Origin: Candidatus Saccharicenans sp.
GTDB taxonomy: Bacteria > Acidobacteriota > Aminicenantia > Aminicenantales > Saccharicenantaceae
DNA length: 64,000 nucleotides
Direction: 5' to 3'
Assembly (NCBI GenBank): GCA_030018265.1
Contig: JASEFX010000001.1
Coordinates: 53,532-117,531 of the forward strand
The translations under genes were made by a program, and so were the position numbers. This document shows positions 1-8,530 of this stretch, piece by piece (the first letter of the stretch is position 1; every line of letters starts with the position of its first letter). The notes beneath the pieces were generated by a model. That model had not been told where the DNA came from and did not search any database. It worked only from the letters and a program-made list of their open reading frames with translations.

Positions 1-1681
1 CGAATATTCTGACGGCTTTTTTCCAGAAATCCGGAAATTCCATCCTTTTTCTCTCCACCGTCCGTCGCTCGGTGTTGTAGTAGCTCAGGTGGTTGAATTT
101 TACCAGCAGTTCGTCGCCCAGCTGCCACCAGGCCCGGATGACGTCTTCAGCGTTATCCAGGCAGACGGAAGTAAGAAAATCTGAGGCCCGGGCCGGGCTT
201 TTCCGGTAAAGTTCGAGAGCCTTTCCGTCTATTTCCGGTATTCTCGAGATCATTCCGTCTTCCCATTTTTCCCTCGCTTTTTTTATTTCTTCTATGGCCA
301 GAGAGTAAGCCACCTGCGCGTGGAAGTCGACGTAATCGAATGCCCAGCGGGCGGAGGCGCGGTTAAACACCCAGTGGTCGCCGACACTGAAGGAAGCCGG
401 CAGCGCTTTTATCCCGGCGTAAAAGGGCATATAACAGGAAGTGTCCTGAGCGCCCCAGGCCAGCCAGACTATTCCTCCGATCGCCGGCGGCAGCCAGTGG
501 CGGCACTGGGTTACCGTTGTATATTCAGCCTGGCTGACGCTGATCAGACGAGCCGAGCGGTCATAGTTCGGGTTTTTGTAAGGTCCGCCCCTTATGCCCC
601 GGGTCGGGTCAAAGAAACTGCCGTAGCCTTTATCCCTGGTTAATTCCATCACATCCTTTACCGATAGCGGCCGGTCAGGTTTTACGGAAAAGGGAAATTC
701 GATGTTTGGAAGCGCCGGAGAAAATTTCGATGAGGGAGAAACCAGGTCAAAAAAGCGCCAGAGACGGGCTCGTCTCGGATCGGTCCGGGCGCTTCCCTCG
801 ACCGGGCTGTAAGCTTTTTTCCAGCTGAAGGGCTCACCGCTTTTCGGGTCCCAGAAGCCGTTTTCCACCGCGCAGGAGATGACGTTCGGAGAAGCCATGA
901 AGTAGTCCGGGTTGTTCAGGTCGATCTCGCCGATTCTTGATTCGTTGGGACAGACACAGACATGGTCATCAGGAACTCTCTGGGCGCACCAGACCGCGCC
1001 CGGCTTGCCGCTCTCCGGAGTCCAGAAAGGTCCGACCGGCATGATTTCAAAAACCCAGACTTCATCGGGGTCAGCCACCGCTAACATTTCCCCGCCGTCC
1101 TCGCCGCCGTAGCCGTATTTTTCCGCCAGCGAGCCGATCAATTTTATGGCTTCCCGGGCGGTGCGGCACCTTTCCATCGCCAGCAGGGTGAGCATGGTGA
1201 TGTTGAACACGGGAGTGCGGGTCGGGTTGGACAGCTTCGGCCGGTTGCCGATGGTCGATTCGCCTATGGCTAATTGCTGGTCGTTCATATAACCGAAGAC
1301 CCCGTGTACATAACCGTAAGTGTGGGGAACTTCGGGAATCTCAACTCCGGTGAAATCTTTTTTTATCAGATCCCATTTCAGACCCTGTTCGGGTGGCCAG
1401 GTCCTGGTCTGAGAGATCCTGTAGATTTTTCTGGTCGAGCCAGGTTTGTGGTCGGCCGGCGGGACGTAGCGCCAGGTCCAGTCGCACAGGCCGCAGTCGG
1501 CCGTGTGAGTGGTCATGGTCGATCCGTCAGCCGATGCTTTTTTGCCCACGATGATTACCGTGCAATGTTCACCGCTAAGTTCCCTCTGTTCTACAGTAGA
1601 ATCGGAAGTGGTTCCTGATAGCCAGAACAAGACCACCAGAAGGAGCGTCAGAACCGTCAGCGTTGAAAGAATTTTTTTCAT
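1..1681 (-). CDS. C69-family dipeptidase, secreted. The C-terminus is truncated by the window edge; the stop codon lies beyond position 1.
   Basis: My own reverse-strand translation from ATG at 1679-1681, with GGAG 8 nt upstream, gives MKKILSTLTVLTLLLVVLF (signal peptide). This is followed by ...GEHCTVIIVGKKASADGSTMTTHTAD, which matches the C69 N-terminal nucleophile block (CTTILVGK.AS.DGST). The frame stays open to position 1. The ORF track misses it because the gene has no in-window stop. Confidence 0.65.
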   Translation of the reverse strand, partial: MKKILSTLTVLTLLLVVLFWLSGTTSDSTVEQRELSGEHCTVIIVGKKASADGSTMTTHTADCGLCDWTWRYVPPADHKPGSTRKIYRISQTRTWPPEQGLKWDLIKKDFTGVEIPEVPHTYGYVHGVFGYMNDQQLAIGESTIGNRPKLSNPTRTPVFNITMLTLLAMERCRTAREAIKLIGSLAEKYGYGGEDGGEMLAVADPDEVWVFEIMPVGPFWTPESGKPGAVWCAQRVPDDHVCVCPNESRIGEIDLNNPDYFMASPNVISCAVENGFWDPKSGEPFSWKKAYSPVEGSARTDPRRARLWRFFDLVSPSSKFSPALPNIEFPFSVKPDRPLSVKDVMELTRDKGYGSFFDPTRGIRGGPYKNPNYDRSARLISVSQAEYTTVTQCRHWLPPAIGGIVWLAWGAQDTSCYMPFYAGIKALPASFSVGDHWVFNRASARWAFDYVDFHAQVAYSLAIEEIKKAREKWEDGMISRIPEIDGKALELYRKSPARASDFLTSVCLDNAEDVIRAWWQLGDELLVKFNHLSYYNTERRTVERKRMEFPDFWKKAVRIF

Positions 1682-1741
1682 CAGCCTGTTTCTCCTGCAA
1701 TCAATTCCCGCGCGGCTTCAGGAGTAAGCTGCCGGGTGTAT

Positions 1742-2914
1742 CTAAAAAGTTATGACCTTTTCTTTTTTCGCGGTGGCTGGATTTTGAAAATAGTATCCGA
1801 TGCCTTTTTCTACCACTTCTGAATACCTCGGAACGTTTTCCACGATGATGGCGCGTCCGGGATGGCGGCGCGAATATTGTTTTATTATTTCCAGACTGAC
1901 CGAAAGATGCTGCCCGACTCTCCGCTCGAGAGGCCAGCCCGATTCGTCATAGGAGACAAAAAGTTTTTTCCGGCGTGAAAGACTCAACAAAAATTCATCC
2001 CGGCCGTCGAGAAAAAGCTGCTCGCTTTTCGGTCCGGTGGGCTGATCGAGGAAGGGAATCGGAGCTTCGAGAAGAAAAGGGAGTGTGTCGGAATAATCTC
2101 CGATTTCCCGGTGCGACAATCCTCGAAACTTTTCAGGGGAAGATTCCACGTGACTTTCGAAACCCTCGACCGCTTTGACCGTCAGAGCGGCCAGCGTGGC
2201 GATTCTCATCGATTTTTCCGGGGCAACGATGCAGTTGGTCACGGGAAACATGGTTTCCGCCCCGTGCAGGTCGATGGCCAGGTCGACCTTATGGTTGCGC
2301 AGGAGTTCCATAGCGGCAAAGGTCACCTGTTCCATCGGCATGCCGTTATGACGTCCGGGCCAGGTTCGGTTGGTGTTTCTGATGTCCAGATAGGAGAGCA
2401 TCTGTTTTTCCGGAAAGTGGATGTAGACATCGGGGTCAGGCCACTGGTCAAGAGGGGAGGCATCCCGGTTGCCCATCCTGAATTTCTTTTTACCCCAGGG
2501 AGTTTCCACCGAAAAATAAACCGGATATCCTTCTCCGGGTCTGGTGTTAAGGCTGGCGCTGCGGTTAAAACAGGGAATGACGTAAAGCGTTCCCTTTTTC
2601 ACCACCGCATTTTCCACGATAAGGGCTGCTGCCAGCAAACCTTCGGGTTCATTCGCATGGGTGTTTCCGATGATCAGTGCGCTTCCTCCCGGTTCGGTTC
2701 CGCTCAGAACAAAAACTGGCGTATCCGCGGCTGTATTCCTGAGGTCCGGAAGAAAATCGCTCAACATCAGTATTTCGGTAACGCCTGGCCCGCAGACCAC
2801 TTCCATCGAACTCGCTCGATGCCGGTAAAGCGGCCAGCCGCCGACCACAAGCAGAGCCAGGACCATAGCGGAAGCTGTGATTTTGAAAGTTGAACTGACT
2901 TTCTTCATGATCAA
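1742..2914 (-). CDS. Succinylglutamate desuccinylase/aspartoacylase (AstE/AspA, M14-like) family zinc hydrolase
   Basis: 390-aa ORF with an N-terminal TM/signal segment. The IIGNTHANEPEG motif resembles the HGNE zinc-binding block of the AstE/AspA family, and a later DLHGAE is also present. Confidence 0.5.
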   Translation of the reverse strand: MIMKKVSSTFKITASAMVLALLVVGGWPLYRHRASSMEVVCGPGVTEILMLSDFLPDLRNTAADTPVFVLSGTEPGGSALIIGNTHANEPEGLLAAALIVENAVVKKGTLYVIPCFNRSASLNTRPGEGYPVYFSVETPWGKKKFRMGNRDASPLDQWPDPDVYIHFPEKQMLSYLDIRNTNRTWPGRHNGMPMEQVTFAAMELLRNHKVDLAIDLHGAETMFPVTNCIVAPEKSMRIATLAALTVKAVEGFESHVESSPEKFRGLSHREIGDYSDTLPFLLEAPIPFLDQPTGPKSEQLFLDGRDEFLLSLSRRKKLFVSYDESGWPLERRVGQHLSVSLEIIKQYSRRHPGRAIIVENVPRYSEVVEKGIGYYFQNPATAKKEKVITF

Positions 2915-2919
2915 AACCT

Positions 2920-3081
2920 TTACTTTACCCGGAAAAGCCTGAGAATAAAAGGAATTAACACGATTAAATAAAGCAGCGCCCGGTCCCGGCTTTCTTTTTC
3001 CTGGATGAAATTTTTCAGCACGATGGCCACAAAAAAAGCGCTTATAAGGTAATAAATAATCATGACAATTTTAGCTATCAT
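2920..3081 (-). CDS. Hypothetical 53-aa protein with two TM segments
   Basis: Hand-translated: MIAKIVMIIYYLISAFFVAIVLKNFIQEKESRDRALLYLIVLIPFILRLFRVK*. It sits between the DctM-like and M14-like genes on the same strand. No motif was recognised. Confidence 0.25.
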   Translation of the reverse strand: MIAKIVMIIYYLISAFFVAIVLKNFIQEKESRDRALLYLIVLIPFILRLFRVK

Positions 3082-3105
3082 TTTTAACCGTCCTGCCTTT
3101 TTTCA

Positions 3106-4407
3106 TCATCCCGTTACCAGGAATTTAAGCTTTGCGCTGAAAATGATCATCAACATACCGGTGGCCGTGATTATCAACCAGGGAACCCAGGTTTCTTTAA
3201 GAAACTGCCAGTATTTTCCCTGATATCCTGAAACCATCACGCTCAACCTTCCGATCAGAGCGGTTGGAGGCAACCCGTCTCCGAGAGGCCAGAGAAGGCT
3301 GAGACCGGAAATGACGATGGTCGCGTGGTAGCCCAGAGAATTAAGATACCAGACGAGCGGAATGCCGATTATGGCTGCTCCGCCGTAGGTTAAAACGCCT
3401 TCAGAAACCGGTATGATCACGGGCAACAGGCAAAAAAGAAGTCCCAGCGGAATGATAAGAACAGAATAAGAAATAAGTCCCTTGACCCCGCTGGCTGAAA
3501 GAATTTGCTGCAGCATCCCAACTATCACCATGATGGCCAGAAGCGGCAGCAATTTGCTCACGGTCTCTGAAGCGACCTTTATTAAGTTCAACCTGACCGG
3601 ACTCAGAACCAGAGCTACCAGAGAAGCTATCAGGAATTCCAGAGGAAGTCCGAGCACAGGGAAGTTGAACGGATACACCCGGTAGGCGAGAACCAGACCG
3701 AAGAACACCAGAAACGGCAGGAGCAGCCGGAGCCAGTTCATTCCCGGATGCGGAGTTATCTTTTCCAGGAAAGAATCTATTTCGTCCGCGCCTTTCCTTC
3801 TTCCGAGAATTACCACAGTCAGGGTGCCGAGGATGATGACCGGAAGCCCGAGCGGCAGTTCAAAACCGACATACGGAATGGCCGTGCCGGCGCACAGCAC
3901 CATCGCCCAGATGTTTACCGGCGGAGCCGCGGCAGCCAGGCCGGCCAGGATAAAAAGAATCGCCGGGATTTTCTCTTCCTCAACCCCGAGCCCTTTGAGC
4001 GCCAGGGCCACCGGGGTTCCCACAACCAGTAGAGAAACGCTGCCGGCTCCGGTCAGAGCGCCGGGAATAAGAACAATCACCATCAGCAGAAATAGAGCCA
4101 GGAATCGGGCACGATAAAAACGAACGACGGTGCGGCGGACGGCAAAGTCAACTCCTCCTGATTTCTGGATGATCGTTATGAATAGGGTGGCCGTAAAAAA
4201 AACCAGGATGACATCAAGATAGGTAAACGAGCCTTCAACCAGATGTCTCGGGATTTCTGCGGGCGGCGGCGAGCTGAAAATGGAACCTGCCAGAGCTCCG
4301 CCGATGGTAGCGGCCAGCAGGCTCAATTCCACCGAAAGTTTCTGCCATTTAGCCAGCGAGTAAAATACGATGATAATGGCTGCTATCAGCAGTGTCCTGA
4401 AAAGCAT
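3106..4407 (-). CDS. DctM-like large permease (TRAP-transporter large-subunit family), polytopic membrane protein
   Basis: 433 aa and very hydrophobic, with about 12 predicted TM segments. The segment YLDVILVFFTATLFITIIQKSGGVDFAVRRTV...GALTGAGSVSL resembles the DctM core. No DctQ or DctP partner is adjacent. Confidence 0.4.
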   Translation of the reverse strand: MLFRTLLIAAIIIVFYSLAKWQKLSVELSLLAATIGGALAGSIFSSPPPAEIPRHLVEGSFTYLDVILVFFTATLFITIIQKSGGVDFAVRRTVVRFYRARFLALFLLMVIVLIPGALTGAGSVSLLVVGTPVALALKGLGVEEEKIPAILFILAGLAAAAPPVNIWAMVLCAGTAIPYVGFELPLGLPVIILGTLTVVILGRRKGADEIDSFLEKITPHPGMNWLRLLLPFLVFFGLVLAYRVYPFNFPVLGLPLEFLIASLVALVLSPVRLNLIKVASETVSKLLPLLAIMVIVGMLQQILSASGVKGLISYSVLIIPLGLLFCLLPVIIPVSEGVLTYGGAAIIGIPLVWYLNSLGYHATIVISGLSLLWPLGDGLPPTALIGRLSVMVSGYQGKYWQFLKETWVPWLIITATGMLMIIFSAKLKFLVTG

Positions 4408-4544
4408 GATAAAAAATCTTACTCACTTCTCCCGAACAATGCAAACTTTTTTTCTCTGATGGGGTTTTCATAATGCCAGCCGGAGAGGCCAGAGCATTAT
4501 GAACCTGGCCGGCGCCGGCATTTCAAATGAAAATAAAATTTTCT

Positions 4545-5300
4545 TCAGAAGAGCAATTCGTAATCAAGCTGGTTTCTCTTCAGCTCCTCGACCAGAAGGT
4601 CAGCTGTCCTTCGAAAAAATTCCGGGCTGACGTATCGGGTCAGGTTATGATTCCGGTAAAAATTCATGAACTGTTCGGCGTAATTCAGCCGGTCGATAAA
4701 AACTCTATCCACCAGACCGCGCAAAATGTTGACCAGCCGGATCGGATTCTGGGGCAGCAGCGGTCCGACGAAGGCAAATGTCTTTATGTTTTTGTTTTTG
4801 ATTTTCTCCAGAGCCAGCAGGCGCCGGCTGATTGAGGGCGCGCCGGGTTCGAAAAGTGCCGCTGTTCGGTCGTCGTCGGTGGCGATGGAAAACCCGACTT
4901 CTATTTCCTTTATTTCCTGAAGCAGTTCTACATCCCTGACCACCAGGTCGGACTTAGTCTGGATGAAAACCGGAAAATCAAACTGTCGGAGAATTCCCAG
5001 ACATTTTCTTGTAAGTTGATAGCGAGCTTCCACCGGCTGATAAGGATCACAAACGGAAGAAATCCAGACAGTACCTTTTTTCGCTCGCGGCAGCTGGCGG
5101 CGCAGGAGTTCCGGAGCGTTCACTTTAATATCGACAAACTCGCCCCAGGGTTCGGCATGACCCGAATAACGGCGCATAAAAAGACCGGCGTAGCAGTAAC
5201 GGCAGGCATGGCTGCAGCCGGTATAAGGATTCAGACAGTAATCAAATATCTTTGACCTGTTCAGGATGCTCTTTGCCTGGATTTCTCTTATTCTGGCCAT
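4545..5300 (-). CDS. Radical SAM protein, SplB/DNA-photolyase-like (COG1533 family)
   Basis: CxxxCxxC cluster (GCSHACRYC) near the N-terminus. The start was moved from 5384 to the ATG at 5300 (MARIREIQ), which is preceded by GGTGG. The 5384 extension is hydrophobic and probably not translated. Confidence 0.6.
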   Translation of the reverse strand: MARIREIQAKSILNRSKIFDYCLNPYTGCSHACRYCYAGLFMRRYSGHAEPWGEFVDIKVNAPELLRRQLPRAKKGTVWISSVCDPYQPVEARYQLTRKCLGILRQFDFPVFIQTKSDLVVRDVELLQEIKEIEVGFSIATDDDRTAALFEPGAPSISRRLLALEKIKNKNIKTFAFVGPLLPQNPIRLVNILRGLVDRVFIDRLNYAEQFMNFYRNHNLTRYVSPEFFRRTADLLVEELKRNQLDYELLF

Positions 5301-5465
5301 TTGAGCCACCCTTGATATTATTAGCACATTCAGGATGAAAAAAGCAGTTTTGATGGCAGTTAAGGCAAAATTTTCCGAAACCATTTCGGGGGATTAAAGT
5401 TGAAACAGTTTCCTGAAATTTGGGTTATAATATCAATGATGAAACAAAAAAAGGAGGAGGAATCA

Positions 5466-8400
5466 ATGGGCTCTTTCAGAAATAAACGAGCTGCGATTAT
5501 CCCTTTGCTTTTAACACTGTTTCTGCTCGTCTGGCTCACTCCACTTCAGGCTCAGTATTTTGGCCGCAACAAAGTTCAGTACAGGAAATTTGATTTCAGA
5601 ATAATGAAGACCAGGCATTTTGATGTTTATTTCTACCAGGAAGATGAGGAAGTGGTAAAGCAGGCGGCGATGATGGCTGAGCGCTGGTATGCCCGGTTGA
5701 GCCGCATCTTCAACCATGAACTGAAGGGGCGGCAGGCCCTGATCATTTACTCCAGCAGCCCTGAATTCCAGCAAACCACCGTCATCCCGGAGACCCTGGG
5801 AGAAGGAACAGGTGGCGTGACTGAATCGTTTAAGAGGAGAATAGTTCTGCCGTACGGCGTTTCCATGGCTGAAACAGACCACGTCATCGGTCATGAACTG
5901 GTCCACGCCTTTCAGTACGATATTGCCGGTCAGGGTCATTCGGACCAGGCCAGATACACCGGAGCGGAGCTGAGGGTCCCTCTCTTTCTGATAGAGGGTC
6001 TGGCTGAATATCTCTCGATCGGGCCGGTTGACACCCAGACTTCAATGTGGATGAGGGATACCTGGAAGAGGAAGGACCTGCCTCAGATCAGGAAGCTGGA
6101 GAACTATTACCGTTACTTCCCCTATAGATACGGACATGCAGTCTGGGCTTACATCGGCGGCCGCTGGGGAGATGAAATGATCGGCAAAATTTTCCGGATG
6201 CTCGCCCGGAGCGGAGACTATGAATCGGTGCTTCAGGGAGTTCTTGGAGTGCCTCTTAAAAAGCTTTCTGAAGACTGGCATAAATCAATGGAGGAAGCCT
6301 ATAAAGACCTGGTTCCGCTGACAGAAACTCCGGATCGTCTCGGTCGCCTTTTGATCAAAGGAGTCGAAGATAACCCTTACAACATCTCCCCGGTTTTAAG
6401 CCCGGACGGTGAGCACATGATTTTCTTTTCATCGCGAGCTCTTTTCTCGGTTGACCTCTATCTGGCAGACCCGAAGACTGGAAAGATTCAGAGGAAGCTC
6501 ACTTCAACTGACATAGACCCCCATTTCGAGAGCATTCAATTCATCAGGTCAGCCGGAGCCTGGGCGCCCGACAGCCAGAGAATCGTGCTTGGAACCGTAA
6601 GCAAGGGACGGCCGCAGCTGACCATCATGAATGCTCTGACCGGAAAAATCGAAAGAGAAATTCCTTTTCCTGAACTGGGAGAAATTCTGCATCCATCCTG
6701 GTCGCCGGACGGAAAGAAAATTGCTTTCGCCGCGCTGACCGGGGGAGTAACCGATATTTTTATCTATGACCTTGAAGATAACACGGTAAAGCAGATGACA
6801 AGAGACAGCTTTGGCGACCTGCAGCCGGTCTGGTCTCCCGACGGCAAAAAGATAGCTTTTGTCACTGAAAGATTCAGCGCGAACCTGCAGTGGCTCGATT
6901 CAGGAAATTATGACCTGGCCTTGCTGGACGTCGATTACGGGCAGATTACCCGAGTTCTGGCATTTCCCTCCGGCAAGAATGCCAACCCGCAGTGGTCAGA
7001 GGATGGTCAGAGCCTGTTTTTCCTCTCCGACTACACCGGAAAAACAGACCTCTATCGTGTGGACCTCAGGGACGGGAAAATCTATCAGCTCAGCAACCTG
7101 TTTACCGGCATCAGCGGGATAACCGAGCTGAGCCCGGCTATTTCCTATTCTCAGGGCAGCCGGCGGCTGGCGCTTTCAGTCTATGAAAACGGAAGTTACT
7201 CCATCTATGTGATTGACTCACCGGAAAAGCTCCAGGGACAGCCGACGATCGCTCAATTTGGAGAGAGGCCGTTGAACCTTTTGCCGCCGAGAACCCAGCC
7301 GGAAGGAGCTCTGCTCGGGCTGTTAAGAAATCCTCTGTACGGGCTTCCGAGAGAAACTGACTTTCCTGTAACCGGTTATCGGCCGAAACTTTCTCTCGAC
7401 TACATTACCCGGCCCACTCTGGCTGTTGGCGTTGACCGCTACGGGACTTATGCCGGCGGAGGCATAGCCGCTTTCTGGAGCGATATGCTCGGTTATCACA
7501 CAGTGGTGACCATGGCCCAGACCAACTACGAATTGATAGACAGTTTTGCTCTGGTCGGCTACATGAACACAAAAAACCGGGTGAACTGGGGAGCGGTTCT
7601 CCAGCGGGTGCCTTATGTTTATGGCTCTTACGGTGCATATTACACTGAAATGGGAGGCATTCCCGTCTACGTTGAGGAAGAGTATCTCAACCGTCAGATT
7701 GCCTACCAACTGAGCGGTTTTGCCTACTATCCTTTTAACGTGTTCAGAAGGGTTGAATTTTCCGCAGGCTTTAATCTGATCGATTTTAATTCGAGATTAA
7801 CACGTTATATTTACACTCTTGATTACATGCTGATCGACCTTTACCGTCTCGACCTGCCCTCGCCATCGTCAATAAAATACGGATACGTATCGGCCGCGCT
7901 GGTTTACGACAGTTCGCTCTTCGGGGCCTGCAGCCCGATTACCGGTCAGGCTTACCTGCTGGAGGTTCAGCCGAACTTTGGAGACCTGAACTTCGTCAGT
8001 CTGCTGGCTGATTACCGGAGATACATAATACCGGCCAAACCATTCACCTTCGCCTTCAGAGTTCTGCATTATGGACGCTACGGAAAGGGTGGAAACGATC
8101 AACGTCTCTGGCCTCTTTTCCTCGGCTATGAAACTCTGGTCAGAGGATATGATTATAACAGCTTCAATTACAACGAGTTTGTCGAAAACTCAGGCGAGTT
8201 TTTTGATTTTGACCGTCTGCTCGGCTCGAGGATTCTCGTGGCCAACGTCGAACTGAGGTTTCCTGTTTTCAGGGTTCTCGGGATCGGCAGAGGATACTAT
8301 GGCGTCTGGCCGCTGGAATTTCTGGCCTTTTACGACATCGGCACCGCCTGGTATGGCGGAGAGAAGCCCAGCTGGTTTGGCGGCGAGAAGAAACCGGTAT

Positions 8401-8528
8401 CCAGCACCGGAGTCGGCCTGAGAACGAACCTTTTCGGAGTGCTGGTGCTCGGCTTTGACTACGTCTATCCGTTCAGCCGCCCGGGGAAGGGCTGGCACTG
8501 GCAGTTCACCATCACTCCGGGCTTTTAG
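5466..8528 (+). CDS. Outer-membrane Omp85/D15-family beta-barrel protein with an N-terminal HExxH metallopeptidase-like domain and PD40 (TolB-like) beta-propeller repeats
   Basis: Start chosen at ATG 5466 after AAGGAGGAGG, giving signal peptide MGSFRNKRAAIIPLLLTLFLLVWLTPLQAQ. The N-terminal domain contains HELVHAFQ followed by EGLAEY. Several PD40 repeats follow (WSPDGKKIAF twice, also SPDGEHMIFFS and WSEDGQSLFF). The C-terminal roughly 400 aa carry the Omp85 L6 VRGY motif (ETLVRGYDY) and LRFPV, and end in ...QFTITPGF with a terminal Phe. Confidence 0.6.
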   Translation: MGSFRNKRAAIIPLLLTLFLLVWLTPLQAQYFGRNKVQYRKFDFRIMKTRHFDVYFYQEDEEVVKQAAMMAERWYARLSRIFNHELKGRQALIIYSSSPEFQQTTVIPETLGEGTGGVTESFKRRIVLPYGVSMAETDHVIGHELVHAFQYDIAGQGHSDQARYTGAELRVPLFLIEGLAEYLSIGPVDTQTSMWMRDTWKRKDLPQIRKLENYYRYFPYRYGHAVWAYIGGRWGDEMIGKIFRMLARSGDYESVLQGVLGVPLKKLSEDWHKSMEEAYKDLVPLTETPDRLGRLLIKGVEDNPYNISPVLSPDGEHMIFFSSRALFSVDLYLADPKTGKIQRKLTSTDIDPHFESIQFIRSAGAWAPDSQRIVLGTVSKGRPQLTIMNALTGKIEREIPFPELGEILHPSWSPDGKKIAFAALTGGVTDIFIYDLEDNTVKQMTRDSFGDLQPVWSPDGKKIAFVTERFSANLQWLDSGNYDLALLDVDYGQITRVLAFPSGKNANPQWSEDGQSLFFLSDYTGKTDLYRVDLRDGKIYQLSNLFTGISGITELSPAISYSQGSRRLALSVYENGSYSIYVIDSPEKLQGQPTIAQFGERPLNLLPPRTQPEGALLGLLRNPLYGLPRETDFPVTGYRPKLSLDYITRPTLAVGVDRYGTYAGGGIAAFWSDMLGYHTVVTMAQTNYELIDSFALVGYMNTKNRVNWGAVLQRVPYVYGSYGAYYTEMGGIPVYVEEEYLNRQIAYQLSGFAYYPFNVFRRVEFSAGFNLIDFNSRLTRYIYTLDYMLIDLYRLDLPSPSSIKYGYVSAALVYDSSLFGACSPITGQAYLLEVQPNFGDLNFVSLLADYRRYIIPAKPFTFAFRVLHYGRYGKGGNDQRLWPLFLGYETLVRGYDYNSFNYNEFVENSGEFFDFDRLLGSRILVANVELRFPVFRVLGIGRGYYGVWPLEFLAFYDIGTAWYGGEKPSWFGGEKKPVSSTGVGLRTNLFGVLVLGFDYVYPFSRPGKGWHWQFTITPGF

Positions 8529-8530
8529 TG

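Noticed and set aside
320-1727. Short plus-strand ORFs at the window start (107, 66, 114 and 72 aa)
   Set aside because: All are antisense to the long C69 dipeptidase frame that the ORF track missed for lack of an in-window stop.
2111-2893. 260-aa ORF on the plus strand
   Set aside because: Antisense shadow of the M14-like gene (1742-2914), which carries the recognisable HANE motif. The plus-strand product is Arg/Gly/His-rich with no motif.
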